From NCBI GenBank assembly GCA_963666485.2, contig CAXXUO010000004.1:160001-224000 (forward strand): a stretch of DNA of 64,000 bases. Direction: 5' to 3'. This document shows, one piece after another, positions 8,605 to 18,236 of this stretch. Both the position numbers and the translations under genes were made by a program. Numbering within the stretch: the stretch's first letter is position 1; each line of letters starts with the position of its first letter. This stretch comes from Syntrophorhabdaceae bacterium (GTDB lineage: Bacteria; Desulfobacterota; Syntrophorhabdia; Syntrophorhabdales; Syntrophorhabdaceae). The notes beneath the pieces were generated by a model. That model was not told the origin of the DNA. It searched no databases and worked only from the letters and a program-made list of their open reading frames with translations.

Positions 8605-10494
8605 TCAGCCTCTAAGTACTCGCTTATCACCCTTACGGATCGTCAGTTTTATCTGATCGAGATATTCGAGCAGCGGAATAAGGAACTTACGGGACAGGTT
8701 CAGTTCTGATTTAAACTCGGACGGTCCCATTTCCTGGTGCTGCTTGAGGTAATCTATCGCCTTGCGCTTGACCTCTTCGATCATGTCCGGATGAAAGTAC
8801 ATGTCCTGGGCAACCTTGATCACGCCGCCACGGAAGGCAAGGCGGTCAAGAAGTTCCCGCGCATTTTTTTCGTTGATGCCGATGCCGGCTGCAAGGTCTT
8901 TCGGGCCCGGCGGTGTAAACGCAGACGAACGGAGCGCCTCTACGATCTTTCGTTCCGTCTCATTGTTCTGGTTTGCCCTGGCGTGCGCCCCTGACGTCAC
9001 GCGGTCCTTCTCGAGGACAATACGACCGTCTGCAGCACATTCATCAAGCGCTGCCTGAAATATCTGGACATCGGTGGCCGGGAGCCGCATCCGCAGTTCT
9101 TCTTTCGATATACCAACCTTTAAGGGGTTCGCCTTGTGGTATTCATTGACCAAAGAAGTGATCCGCTCTATATAATCCTTCCAAAAATCATTATGGATAT
9201 AAGACTTGCCGATAAGCTTCACGCTGGAATTCTTTATCAGGACCTCGCCCGTCCTTTCGGTGAACGCGAGGTCTTTCCCGATCAGGATCGAAAGCGTCTC
9301 CTGTTTTATTCCCCGGTACGAGCCCTTCTTTATATGATAGGCCATTTTATCGACGTCTGAGCCCCTATTGAGGACCTTATACACGTTCGCGAGGGTGTCG
9401 CTCTTCCTCTTGTGGCGGGCAGGCATGATGTCGAGGACATTACCCCCTCCCACGGTCTGTATCGCGTAGGAACCGCGCAGGATGAAGCGATCTCCCGGAA
9501 GGACAACGATCGGCTTCTTGAATACGAATTGCACAAATTGCTCCTGACCCGGTTCTATCTGGTCGGACCCGAGGAGCACCAGCCTTGCCTCCTCCTGCGT
9601 CGTCGCGATATGAAAACGCAGGATGCTGTCGTGCCGTATCGGTTTTATCGGGAGCTTCAAAAGTTTCAGCGAAGCGTCAATCCGTGACGTGAGCAGAAGC
9701 GTGTCGGGCCGCGCGATCATGCTGCCGCGCTCGACCTCCTGCCTGTCGAGGCCCTGCAGATTGAGGGCGATACGCTGGCCTGCCATAGCCTCTTTTACAT
9801 CGTCATGATATGCCTGGATGCTGCGGACCCGTGCCCGCCTGGCGAAAGGGAAAAGCTCAACGTCTTCACCGATCTTGAGCGAGCCCGATATGCATGTGCC
9901 CGTTACAATGGTGCCGAGACCTTTCAGCGTGAAAACCCTGTCAACCGGCAGGCGGAATATGCCCTCGCGGGACCTCTCCTCTATCGTGTCCGCGATGGTG
10001 CGCAGCATATCTTTCAGAATATCGAGATTCTCACCCGTCGCCGCGGAAACAGCCACGACAGGGGCTCCTTCCAGTGCCCGGCCCTTGAGGAAATCCTTGA
10101 TATCCTCCTCGACAAGCTCGACCATATCGTCATCGACGAGGTCCTTCTTCGTGATGACGACGATGCCCTTCGTAAGCCCCAGCATTTCGCATATGTCGAG
10201 ATGTTCCCGTGTCTGCGGCATCACACCCTCATCCGCGGCCACAACGAGAAGGACGGTGTCGATGCCCCACGCACCCGCCACCATGTGGCGCACGAACTTC
10301 TCATGGCCCGGCACGTCTACGATACCGACAAGGAGATCGTCGTCGAGGTGCCAGTGGGCGAACCCCAATTCCGTAGTGATCCCCCTCTCCTTCTCTTCCT
10401 TCAGCCGGTCGCAGTCTATTCCCGTCAAGGCCTTGATCAGGGTCGTCTTCCCGTGGTCAATATGCCCGGCAGTGCCGATAACTATGCGTTTCAT
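8605..10494 (-). CDS. selB: Selenocysteine-specific translation elongation factor
   Basis: GTAGHIDHGKT, DRLKEEKERGIT, DVPGHEKF; C-terminal winged-helix SRKFLIPLLEYLD..RKGDKR. Confidence 0.95.
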   Translation of the reverse strand: MKRIVIGTAGHIDHGKTTLIKALTGIDCDRLKEEKERGITTELGFAHWHLDDDLLVGIVDVPGHEKFVRHMVAGAWGIDTVLLVVAADEGVMPQTREHLDICEMLGLTKGIVVITKKDLVDDDMVELVEEDIKDFLKGRALEGAPVVAVSAATGENLDILKDMLRTIADTIEERSREGIFRLPVDRVFTLKGLGTIVTGTCISGSLKIGEDVELFPFARRARVRSIQAYHDDVKEAMAGQRIALNLQGLDRQEVERGSMIARPDTLLLTSRIDASLKLLKLPIKPIRHDSILRFHIATTQEEARLVLLGSDQIEPGQEQFVQFVFKKPIVVLPGDRFILRGSYAIQTVGGGNVLDIMPARHKRKSDTLANVYKVLNRGSDVDKMAYHIKKGSYRGIKQETLSILIGKDLAFTERTGEVLIKNSSVKLIGKSYIHNDFWKDYIERITSLVNEYHKANPLKVGISKEELRMRLPATDVQIFQAALDECAADGRIVLEKDRVTSGAHARANQNNETERKIVEALRSSAFTPPGPKDLAAGIGINEKNARELLDRLAFRGGVIKVAQDMYFHPDMIEEVKRKAIDYLKQHQEMGPSEFKSELNLSRKFLIPLLEYLDQIKLTIRKGDKRVLRG

Positions 10495-10516
10495 GGGTGG
10501 GTAAAATATAACATAA

Positions 10517-10773
10517 AAGACGGGCAATAGGCGATAGGCAATAGGCTATGGGAAAAACAGAGATCTTTTCCATCATTTTGGTTGTTCCCTATCGCCTATC
10601 GCCCATTGCCCATCGCCCGTCAATAGCCTATGGGAAAAACAGGGATCTTTTCCGTCATTTTGGTTGTTCCCTATCGCCTATCGCCCGTCAATAGCCTATG
10701 GGAAAAACAGGAATCTTTTCCATCATTTTGGTTGTTCCCTATCGCCTATCGCCTATCGCCCATCGCCCGTCTT
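10517..10773. repeat. Composite heptamer element 3: three 40-bp cores joined and flanked by GGCGATA/TATCGCC-type heptamers, with AAGACGGG...CCCGTCTT termini
   Basis: Cores GGGAAAAACAG..ATCTTTTCC.TCATTTTGGTTGTTCCC at 10550, 10632, 10700. Confidence 0.9.
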
Positions 10774-10811
10774 CTCTTGACTTCCCCCCTCCGCATATGA
10801 TTTATAAATGC

Positions 10812-11567
10812 ATGGAAAAGATCAAGACTATATACAGCCCCGTATTCCTTACGGATTATCCCACTGTCGATTGCGAGAACCCCGGCAGGGTCGAATTCAT
10901 CCATGCCAAGATAAAAGACATCGTAGATCTTATCGAACCGGAACCATGCACCCTGTCCGATCTCGCCCTGTGCCACAGCGACGCCCTGATCAAGACCGTC
11001 CAGCGGACGAAGGAAGTTTTCGACACCGCGGTCCTTGCCGCCGGCGGAGCGATGATGGCTGCGGAGATCGCACTGAGGGAGCCGTCTTTTGCTCTTATCA
11101 GGCCGCCCGGACATCACGCCGGACATAATTTCAATGGCGGGTTCTGCTTTTTCAACAACATGGCGATCGCCGTCAAGAACCTCCTGGCACATGATACGAT
11201 AGAAAGTGCACTGATAGTGGATATCGATCTCCATTACGGGAATGGTACGGAGGATATCGTAAAGTCCGATCCCCGGATCGCATTCCGGAACATAGACGCC
11301 CGTTCAAGAGAGTCTTTTTTTCAGGACCTCGAGGAAGCCCTCACGGATGCATCGAAGTTTGACATACTGGGATGCTCGGTGGGCTTTGACACGTACATCA
11401 GGGACTGGGGCGGCCTCCTGTTCGGAGAGGATTACCACAAGGTCGGCTCTATGCTCGTTACCGCCAATCGGCGCCTGTTCTGCCTCCTCGAGGGCGGCTA
11501 TTATGTAGCAGACCTCGGGATCAATGCCCAGTTTCTCCTCCAGGGCATCCTGAAGGCTTGTTCGTAG
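10812..11567 (+). CDS. Histone deacetylase family (AcuC/AphA-like) protein
   Basis: RPPGHHA, GGFCFFNN, DIDLHYGNGT, GFD, LEGGY; the ORF-track extension upstream runs through the repeat. Confidence 0.9.
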   Translation: MEKIKTIYSPVFLTDYPTVDCENPGRVEFIHAKIKDIVDLIEPEPCTLSDLALCHSDALIKTVQRTKEVFDTAVLAAGGAMMAAEIALREPSFALIRPPGHHAGHNFNGGFCFFNNMAIAVKNLLAHDTIESALIVDIDLHYGNGTEDIVKSDPRIAFRNIDARSRESFFQDLEEALTDASKFDILGCSVGFDTYIRDWGGLLFGEDYHKVGSMLVTANRRLFCLLEGGYYVADLGINAQFLLQGILKACS

Positions 11568-13813
11568 CGTCGATCAGTGCTTTCATAGCAGGCATATATC
11601 TCGGGACCTTCGAATATCACATAATCACCTGGGCAGGAGCTCTTCTCCTCGCTATAATAGTACTCGTGCCTTTTCTCCTCAGGCACGGTCTTCTGCGCAT
11701 ATCGGCTGTTGCTCTCGTTGCCGCCTTCTTCCTGACGGGGATAGTGCGGGTATCGCTGACAAGCACAGACGAAAAACCGCTTGTGTACACGGATGCGGCC
11801 GTATTCAGCGGTACGGTGGTTGAATCCTCACAGACCACAAAGACGATCACCATAACCTCCCCGGAAGAGATGCGAGGGGCAAAAGCTTTGATCCGTTCGG
11901 ATGAAAGCGCAGGGATCGGGGACACCATCGTTGCATACGGGACACCAAAGGAACTTGCGCTCAATTTCAAGAACCCCGGCCGGATATCCTGGACATGGAT
12001 AAAGAAGCAGGAGGGGATACTGTACGAGATCCGGGGACGCATCATCTCGGTTCGTGCGGACCCCGGCATCATCGAGCGGATACGGCGCTATTGTGCTGAC
12101 AGGATAGATGCGAGCGGAGCGGCACATCGGGACGTAATAAAGGCCCTGACGATCGGCGATACGGCAGACCTCGATGGCGCAACAAAAGACCTCTTCCTCA
12201 GGACGGGCACGACCCACATCCTCTCCATATCAGGGTCGCATCTCGCGGTCGTCACCGGCCTTGTCTTTTTTCTGGCCACCCGCCTTATGTGCATCAATCC
12301 CCGTCTGCGGCTCAAAGGATCGGACAAAAAGTATGCCGCCTTTGTTGCGATCCCTTTCGCGGTCGGTTTCATGCTGATAAGCGGGTCCAGCCTTCCCGCC
12401 ATCCGGGCCACCATTATGGTTGTCATCTATATGTTCGCCATCATCTTCGACCGCAACCGGCATATCGAGAATGGCCTTTTTTTGAGTGCCCTCGTCATTT
12501 TGACCATCTATCCGCTCTCCCTGTTCTCACCGTCATTTCAATTGACGTTTCTGAGCGTGCTCTTCATAATCCTGGTAAATAAAGCCTTTGGACATAGGCT
12601 TTCAAGGATGCCCCGGCCCTTGCGCTGGGTCATATCCATGATTCTCGTAACAATAGCGGCCACGGCCGGAACGCTCCCCGTTGTGCTCTATCACTTCTAT
12701 GGATTTAACCCTTTAAGCATGGTCCACAACCTTATAGCGGTGCCCCTAATGTGCACCGTGGCGACGCCTCTTTCCCTCGCGGGCATCATAGCACCGTTTG
12801 GCGAGCATCTTTTACGGCTCTCCGGGAATATTATCGAATACACCATCCTGGTGCTCGACAGGCTTAACTGGGGATATATTTACCCCGTCATACGGCCGAG
12901 CCCTCTGGAGGCGATCATTTACCTTACCTTCGCAATCTCGCTCGTCTACATCAGGACAAAACCGGTCAGATCTATCTTCATCACACTGGTTCTGCCGATC
13001 TCTCTTCTCACTGCGGGGCTCGCCTGCCACGAGCGGCTTGGAAATAAGGACCTGTGCCTGGACTATATCGACGTCGGGCTCGGCGATGCCATACTTGTAC
13101 AGGCACCCCGCGGTGCCCGGCTTCTCATAGACGGCGGCGGGTTTTACGGAGATAATTTCGATATCGGCAAATCAGTTATAGGTCCATTCCTTCTCGCGAA
13201 AAAAATATCGACCCTGGATTACGTTATCAACACGCACCCGCACCAGGACCATTTTGCCGGTCTTCAGCACATCCTGCAGCACTTTGGCGTCCGAAATTTC
13301 GCTGCGGGAACGGAAGGCCCGGAACCCCGCAGTATCAGGAAGATCACTTCCGCCGCAAAAATACCGTTCACGCACATGCGCACGGGAGATGTCATCCGGA
13401 TCGGGAGCGACCTGTCCATCCAGGCCCTCTATTCTTTCCCGGTCCCGGGGAACACTAATGACTCTTCCCTTGTCCTCAAGCTCACGTATGGCAGCATCGC
13501 CTTCCTGCTGACCGGGGATATCGGGGAAGACGTCGAGAGGTCGCTTATACTGCGCAAGGGCGACATCAGGGCGAATGTCCTCAAGATCCCCCATCATGGA
13601 AGCCGCCATTCAAGCACCGTGGCATTCATACGGGCCGTGAGACCCGATATAGCCGTGCTCAGCGCCGGGCCCGGCATACGGGGCATCCCCTCCAATGAGG
13701 CAATCGCGCGCTACAGGGCTTTCAATATCCCTCTTTACAGGACAGACAGGGACGGATGCGTCCGCGTGTGCACCGACGGCAAAAACCTGACCGTTCAAAC
13801 AGAACAGCGGTAA
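11558..13813 (+). CDS. comEC: DNA internalization competence protein ComEC/Rec2
   Basis: GTTHILSISGSH competence domain, SFQLTF, MBL domain DVGLGDA, THPHQDH, LLTGD, PHHGS. Confidence 0.92.
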   Translation: MFVASISAFIAGIYLGTFEYHIITWAGALLLAIIVLVPFLLRHGLLRISAVALVAAFFLTGIVRVSLTSTDEKPLVYTDAAVFSGTVVESSQTTKTITITSPEEMRGAKALIRSDESAGIGDTIVAYGTPKELALNFKNPGRISWTWIKKQEGILYEIRGRIISVRADPGIIERIRRYCADRIDASGAAHRDVIKALTIGDTADLDGATKDLFLRTGTTHILSISGSHLAVVTGLVFFLATRLMCINPRLRLKGSDKKYAAFVAIPFAVGFMLISGSSLPAIRATIMVVIYMFAIIFDRNRHIENGLFLSALVILTIYPLSLFSPSFQLTFLSVLFIILVNKAFGHRLSRMPRPLRWVISMILVTIAATAGTLPVVLYHFYGFNPLSMVHNLIAVPLMCTVATPLSLAGIIAPFGEHLLRLSGNIIEYTILVLDRLNWGYIYPVIRPSPLEAIIYLTFAISLVYIRTKPVRSIFITLVLPISLLTAGLACHERLGNKDLCLDYIDVGLGDAILVQAPRGARLLIDGGGFYGDNFDIGKSVIGPFLLAKKISTLDYVINTHPHQDHFAGLQHILQHFGVRNFAAGTEGPEPRSIRKITSAAKIPFTHMRTGDVIRIGSDLSIQALYSFPVPGNTNDSSLVLKLTYGSIAFLLTGDIGEDVERSLILRKGDIRANVLKIPHHGSRHSSTVAFIRAVRPDIAVLSAGPGIRGIPSNEAIARYRAFNIPLYRTDRDGCVRVCTDGKNLTVQTEQR

Positions 13814-13827
13814 ATGTGGTCTGCCGT

Positions 13828-15360
13828 CTAGCCGTCGATTATTTTGTGCAGCTTTCTTTCGAGCTCGCCCGCGTCGTAGGGCTTTGTGAGGACTTCCGCG
13901 AAACCGTATTCCTTGTAGTTTTGTATGATCGGGTCGGTGAGGTATCCGCTCGATATGATCGCCTTGACGTCGGGATCGGCCCGAAGAAGTTCACGCATCA
14001 CTTCCTTGCCTCCCATGCCGCCCGGAACCGCAAGATCGAGGATGACCGCGTCAAAAGGTTCGTTCAATTTTACTGCCTGGTTGAACAGGGTTACCGCCTC
14101 CTCGCCGCTTTGGGCGGTGATCGCCGTGTAGCCGAGATAATTCAGGAGCTCCTGCGCGATCTCGAGGATCAGGGCCTCATCGTCGAGAAGCAGTATTCTG
14201 CCCGTCTTTTTCGATGGACGGTCCTCCGCCGTTCTATCCGCCGAAACATCGCTCCCGTACGCGGGAAGGTCGATATGAAAGGCTGTTCCGTGTCCCCGTG
14301 TGGATTCGAGGGTTATGTTCCCGCCATGCTTTTTGATGATCGCATAGGAAATGGCGAGCCCGAGGCCAACGCCCTTTTCGGCACCCATCACCTTGGTTGT
14401 ATAATAAGGGTCAAACACCCGGGGAATGTCCTCCGGCAGAATCCCCACCCCCTCATCGATGATGGATATCCTGACATAATTCTCCTGGATAAGGGGAAGC
14501 CTGTCGTCCGGTGCGAGCCTGATATTGCTGACTTTCACAGTTATCTTCCCGCCGGCCGGCATTGCATCCCTCGAGTTTCTCAATATATTTTCAAAAACCT
14601 GCCTCAATTGCTCCCGGTCGGCCTCGATAGAATGAACGCCGGGCGGAATGTCAAAAACGCACGTTATCGCGGTGCCCCGCAGTATATCTTTTGCCACGGA
14701 CGCCACGATCGATTCGAGTTCGATTATACGCCTGACCGGATTTCCGCCCCGCGAAAAGGTCAGCAATTGCTGCGTCAGGTTCTTTCCCAAAAATGTAATG
14801 CGCTCGGCCTCGTCGATATATTCGGCCGCATTGATATTCTTCGAGACGTTGAGCTTGGCAAGCGAGAGATTCCCGACGATCGCCATCAAAAGGTTATTGA
14901 AATCATGGGCGATGCCCCCGGCGAGCGTTGCGAGCGACTCAAGGTTCCGCGATCTTGAGACCTCGGCTTCCATATTCTTCTGCTCACTGATATCCATCAG
15001 CAGGCCGACAATACCTGCTATTTTCCCGTCGGGACCTGTGATGGTCGCTTTTTTCACTAACTGGTGGCATATCGACCCGTCATTTTTTACCCATTGCAGT
15101 TCATACATCTTGGAGCCGGGTTCTTTAAGGAGTTCCAGGTCTGCTTTCCGATGCACCTCGGCATTCTCGGGGCGCATCGGCAGGGCCGAGACATCCTTAC
15201 CGATGAATTGGTCACTAATGCCAAAATATTCCCTGAATGCTTTATTGATGATGATATAGACACCCCGGGTGTCCTTGTAATAAACCGGACTGGGGATGTT
15301 ATCGATAAGCGCCTGAAACAGGTCAGGCGTGGCCGAAATGAGCTCTATGAATTTTTCCAG
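13828..15360 (-). CDS. PAS-domain hybrid sensor histidine kinase/response regulator (start uncertain)
   Basis: GGIAHDFNN H-box, DEGVGI and GVGLGL G-boxes, receiver LLDDE..ILDL..KP; frame stays open with PAS-like sequence upstream of ATG 15177 as far as the stop at 15391-15393. Confidence 0.85.
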   Translation of the reverse strand: MEKFIELISATPDLFQALIDNIPSPVYYKDTRGVYIIINKAFREYFGISDQFIGKDVSALPMRPENAEVHRKADLELLKEPGSKMYELQWVKNDGSICHQLVKKATITGPDGKIAGIVGLLMDISEQKNMEAEVSRSRNLESLATLAGGIAHDFNNLLMAIVGNLSLAKLNVSKNINAAEYIDEAERITFLGKNLTQQLLTFSRGGNPVRRIIELESIVASVAKDILRGTAITCVFDIPPGVHSIEADREQLRQVFENILRNSRDAMPAGGKITVKVSNIRLAPDDRLPLIQENYVRISIIDEGVGILPEDIPRVFDPYYTTKVMGAEKGVGLGLAISYAIIKKHGGNITLESTRGHGTAFHIDLPAYGSDVSADRTAEDRPSKKTGRILLLDDEALILEIAQELLNYLGYTAITAQSGEEAVTLFNQAVKLNEPFDAVILDLAVPGGMGGKEVMRELLRADPDVKAIISSGYLTDPIIQNYKEYGFAEVLTKPYDAGELERKLHKIIDG

Positions 15361-15433
15361 ATCTATTCTCTCTTGTCTTGCACTGCAGTTTTATCATTAA
15401 ACGAAAATGACCGTCCACAAAAATCTGACCCGG

Positions 15434-16333
15434 TCAGCATCTTTCGTAAAGCAGACCATACCGGACGCCCGCCGCGCTGACAATGCAGGATTCGAAACCG
15501 CCGTGCAGCATGACTTCCTTCAGTATCATCGCTCCCTGCACTATAATATCTTCCCTGCCGGCTTCCATACCCGGTACATCCCTTCGGGCCGAGCTTTTCA
15601 GCGGCCGGAGCGAAGCAATAAGGCCCTCGAGGTCTTTCATGCGGATAGCATACCCGTGTATCCTGGACTTATCATATTCATTGAGGCCCAGTATCAGCGC
15701 GGCAATATTTGTCACTGTCCCTGCCGTGCCGATGAGCGGCCCATTCTTGTTCATGCGCAGGTTTGTGAGATTTTCCCGGATGAACGAGGATACATTGTGC
15801 AATTCATCGGCGCGAGGCGGATCGTGCGAAACATACGCGTCTGTCAGCACCACGCTGCCTATCGGTAAAGAGACATACCCGGCGAAACGGTTCTCAGCCC
15901 CGTCGATTATCTCCGTACTGCCTCCCCCGATATCGACTATCGTCATATCGGAGCACTGCAAAACCTCATCATTGCTGACAGACAGGTACGTGTAATACGC
16001 CTCGTCACGCCCGCTTATTATCTCGATATCCAGACCGAACATGTCTTTGACCCGGGCTACAAATTCATTTCCGTTCTTCGCTTTTCTCAGCGCTTCGGTG
16101 CCGACGCATATAATTTTATCGACCGTGTTGGATTCGATAATGCCGAGATAATTTCGCAATCCCTCGATGGTCCGGGAGATTGCCTCTTTCTTGAGGCTGC
16201 CTGACCGGACCAGGTCTTCCCCGAGCCTTACTATGTTCGAGACATCAGCTATGTCGGTAAGCGCCTCCCCGTTCTTCTCGGCGATCAGGAGGAGGACCGT
16301 GTTCGTTCCGATATCTATGGCCGCACATTTCAT
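15434..16333 (-). CDS. Ppx/GppA family phosphatase
   Basis: AIDIGTNT, VRLGE, DIGGGSTE, GVRYG. Confidence 0.9.
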   Translation of the reverse strand: MKCAAIDIGTNTVLLLIAEKNGEALTDIADVSNIVRLGEDLVRSGSLKKEAISRTIEGLRNYLGIIESNTVDKIICVGTEALRKAKNGNEFVARVKDMFGLDIEIISGRDEAYYTYLSVSNDEVLQCSDMTIVDIGGGSTEIIDGAENRFAGYVSLPIGSVVLTDAYVSHDPPRADELHNVSSFIRENLTNLRMNKNGPLIGTAGTVTNIAALILGLNEYDKSRIHGYAIRMKDLEGLIASLRPLKSSARRDVPGMEAGREDIIVQGAMILKEVMLHGGFESCIVSAAGVRYGLLYERC

Positions 16334-16370
16334 TTGACATCCCTGCTATATAATCACTAAATTACCTGAC

Positions 16371-17102
16371 ATGACCCCTGCTTCAATAAATGTGAGCGGG
16401 ATCGCAGCTTTTCTGTCAGGCCTGCTGTCCTTCTTCACCCCGTGTATCCTGCCTCTCGTACCTTCGTACATAATTTATATCAGCGGCATAACGGTCCGTG
16501 ATATGTCGGCCCCGGAAGCCGGCCACAGGAAAAAGGTCTTTCTTCATTCGCTTCTCTTCATTCTCGGTTTTTCCTTCGTTTTCGTGGCGCTCGGCGTCTC
16601 GTCGTCACTGATCGGCACATTTCTTTTTAAATACCAGGCATATATCATCCGGATAGGCGGAGCGGTCCTTATTCTCCTCGGCCTGTTCTACCTCGACATC
16701 CTGAAGATCCCTGTTTTTAACCGGCAGTATGCGCTTCAGCTCAACCAAAAACCCATCGGGCTTTTCGGTTCGTTCATAGTCGGCATCATTTTTTCCCTCG
16801 GATGGACACCCTGTGTCGGCCCCGCCCTGTCATCGATCCTCATCGTCGCATCGGTGTCCGGCAAGGCATTGGACGGCCTGTATCTGCTTTCTCTTTATTC
16901 GCTGGGACTTGCCATCCCATTTTTGCTATCTTCCCTTCTTTTTGACAGGCTTTTTTCCTTGCTGAAAAAATACAGCTTTATATCCCGGTACGTAGTACGC
17001 GTGCTCGGGATACTTCTTATCATTCTCGGCCTGTTGATGGTCACGTCATACTACCGCCTGATCAATCTATGGTTGGGAATGATACTCACGCCGGGAACCT
17101 GA
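16371..17102 (+). CDS. ccdA: Cytochrome c biogenesis thiol:disulfide protein CcdA
   Basis: SFFTPCILPLVP and GWTPCVGP motifs, multiple TM helices. Confidence 0.92.
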   Translation: MTPASINVSGIAAFLSGLLSFFTPCILPLVPSYIIYISGITVRDMSAPEAGHRKKVFLHSLLFILGFSFVFVALGVSSSLIGTFLFKYQAYIIRIGGAVLILLGLFYLDILKIPVFNRQYALQLNQKPIGLFGSFIVGIIFSLGWTPCVGPALSSILIVASVSGKALDGLYLLSLYSLGLAIPFLLSSLLFDRLFSLLKKYSFISRYVVRVLGILLIILGLLMVTSYYRLINLWLGMILTPGT

Positions 17103-17137
17103 TAAAGAAAGTCGGCGGGAGCAACACCAGAAAAACC

Positions 17138-17165
17138 CTGGATTCCGGCCTTCGCCGGAATGACG
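17138..17165 (-). repeat. CGTC-type REP-like palindrome (single copy)
   Basis: Reverse complement CGTCATTCCGGCGAAGGCCGGAATCCAG matches the 49.2-49.6 kb copies. Confidence 0.8.
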
Positions 17166-17178
17166 ACAGGGCCACAGA

Positions 17179-17328
17179 AGCCTTTAGCCTTTAGCCTTTA
17201 GCCTTTAGCCTTTAGCCGTTAGCCTTTAGCCTTTAGCCTTTAGCCGTTAGCCGTTAGCCGTTAGCCGTTAGCCTTTAGCCTTTAGCCTTTAGCCGTTAGC
17301 CTTTAGCCTTTAGCCGTACGCCGGTCTT
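17179..17328. repeat. Heptamer array element 4: about 20 x AGCC(T/G)TT, ending CGCCGGTCTT at the rpoH stop
   Basis: Direct reading of 17179-17318. Confidence 0.92.
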
Positions 17329-18225
17329 TTAAAAATCCATCTCATGGAACTCGCTCTGAAAACGTTCCTTGAATTTCTTGATGACCCTGTTCTCTATCTG
17401 CCGCGCCCTTTCACGGGAGATCTTGAATTGCTGGCCGATCTCCTGGAGGGTAAGAGGATCTTCGGACATGATCCTCTGCTCGAAGATGAAGACTTCTTTA
17501 TCGTTGAGGCCCTTCTTGAATTCTTTTACTCTCTGGGCAAGTATCTCGCGCTTTTCTTTGCTTGAAACGACTTCTTCCACATCGTCGCCGCCACGGATCA
17601 TATCCATGATCGTATCATCGCTCTCATCGTGAATGGGCGAATCGAGAGATACATCCGTGAATGCAAGACGTTTTTGCATCTCTTCTATCTCTTCTTCCTT
17701 CACGTCGAGGTTGGTGGCAAGCAGCGCCGGCGCGGGGATCATGCCGAGCGCCTCCAGTTTCTGCTTTTCCTTGTTGAGGCGGTAGAATAGCTTTCTCTGG
17801 CTCTGTGTCGTCCCGACCTTGACGAGGCTCCACGAATCCATGATGTACTTCAGGATATAGGCCCTGATCCAGAACGAGGCATAGGTAGAGAATTTCGTGC
17901 CCTTGTAAGGGTTGAACTTTTTCACTGCGTGCAGGAGCCCGACATTCCCTTCCTGGATGAGGTCGAGCACGTTGAGATACGTGTTGTAATATTCGAGGGA
18001 GATCTTGACCACCAGTTTGAGGTTCGACATGACGAGCTTCTGTGCTGCAAGCCGGTCCTTGTCCTCGTATACCAGGCGGGCGACCTCGAACTCCTCCTCC
18101 CGCGACAGGACACTGTAACGGGACACCTCGGAAAGGTATTTCCGCAACGGATCGAACGTGGTCGGTAAAGAACTGTCCTCTGTCCGGGGCGGTGATGGTC
18201 TTTTTTCTGTCTTATCTTCATCCAT
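17329..18225 (-). CDS. rpoH: RNA polymerase sigma factor, RpoH (sigma-32) family
   Basis: DLIQEGNVGL, FSTYASFWIRA, RpoH box VKVGTTQSQRKLF, TLQEIG..ISRERARQIE. Confidence 0.85.
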   Translation of the reverse strand: MDEDKTEKRPSPPRTEDSSLPTTFDPLRKYLSEVSRYSVLSREEEFEVARLVYEDKDRLAAQKLVMSNLKLVVKISLEYYNTYLNVLDLIQEGNVGLLHAVKKFNPYKGTKFSTYASFWIRAYILKYIMDSWSLVKVGTTQSQRKLFYRLNKEKQKLEALGMIPAPALLATNLDVKEEEIEEMQKRLAFTDVSLDSPIHDESDDTIMDMIRGGDDVEEVVSSKEKREILAQRVKEFKKGLNDKEVFIFEQRIMSEDPLTLQEIGQQFKISRERARQIENRVIKKFKERFQSEFHEMDF

Positions 18226-18236
18226 ATAAAGCGCCT

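Noticed and set aside
10550..10739. CRISPR array
   Set aside because: Only three cores, the intervening sequences are heptamer repeats rather than unique spacers, and there are no cas genes in the window
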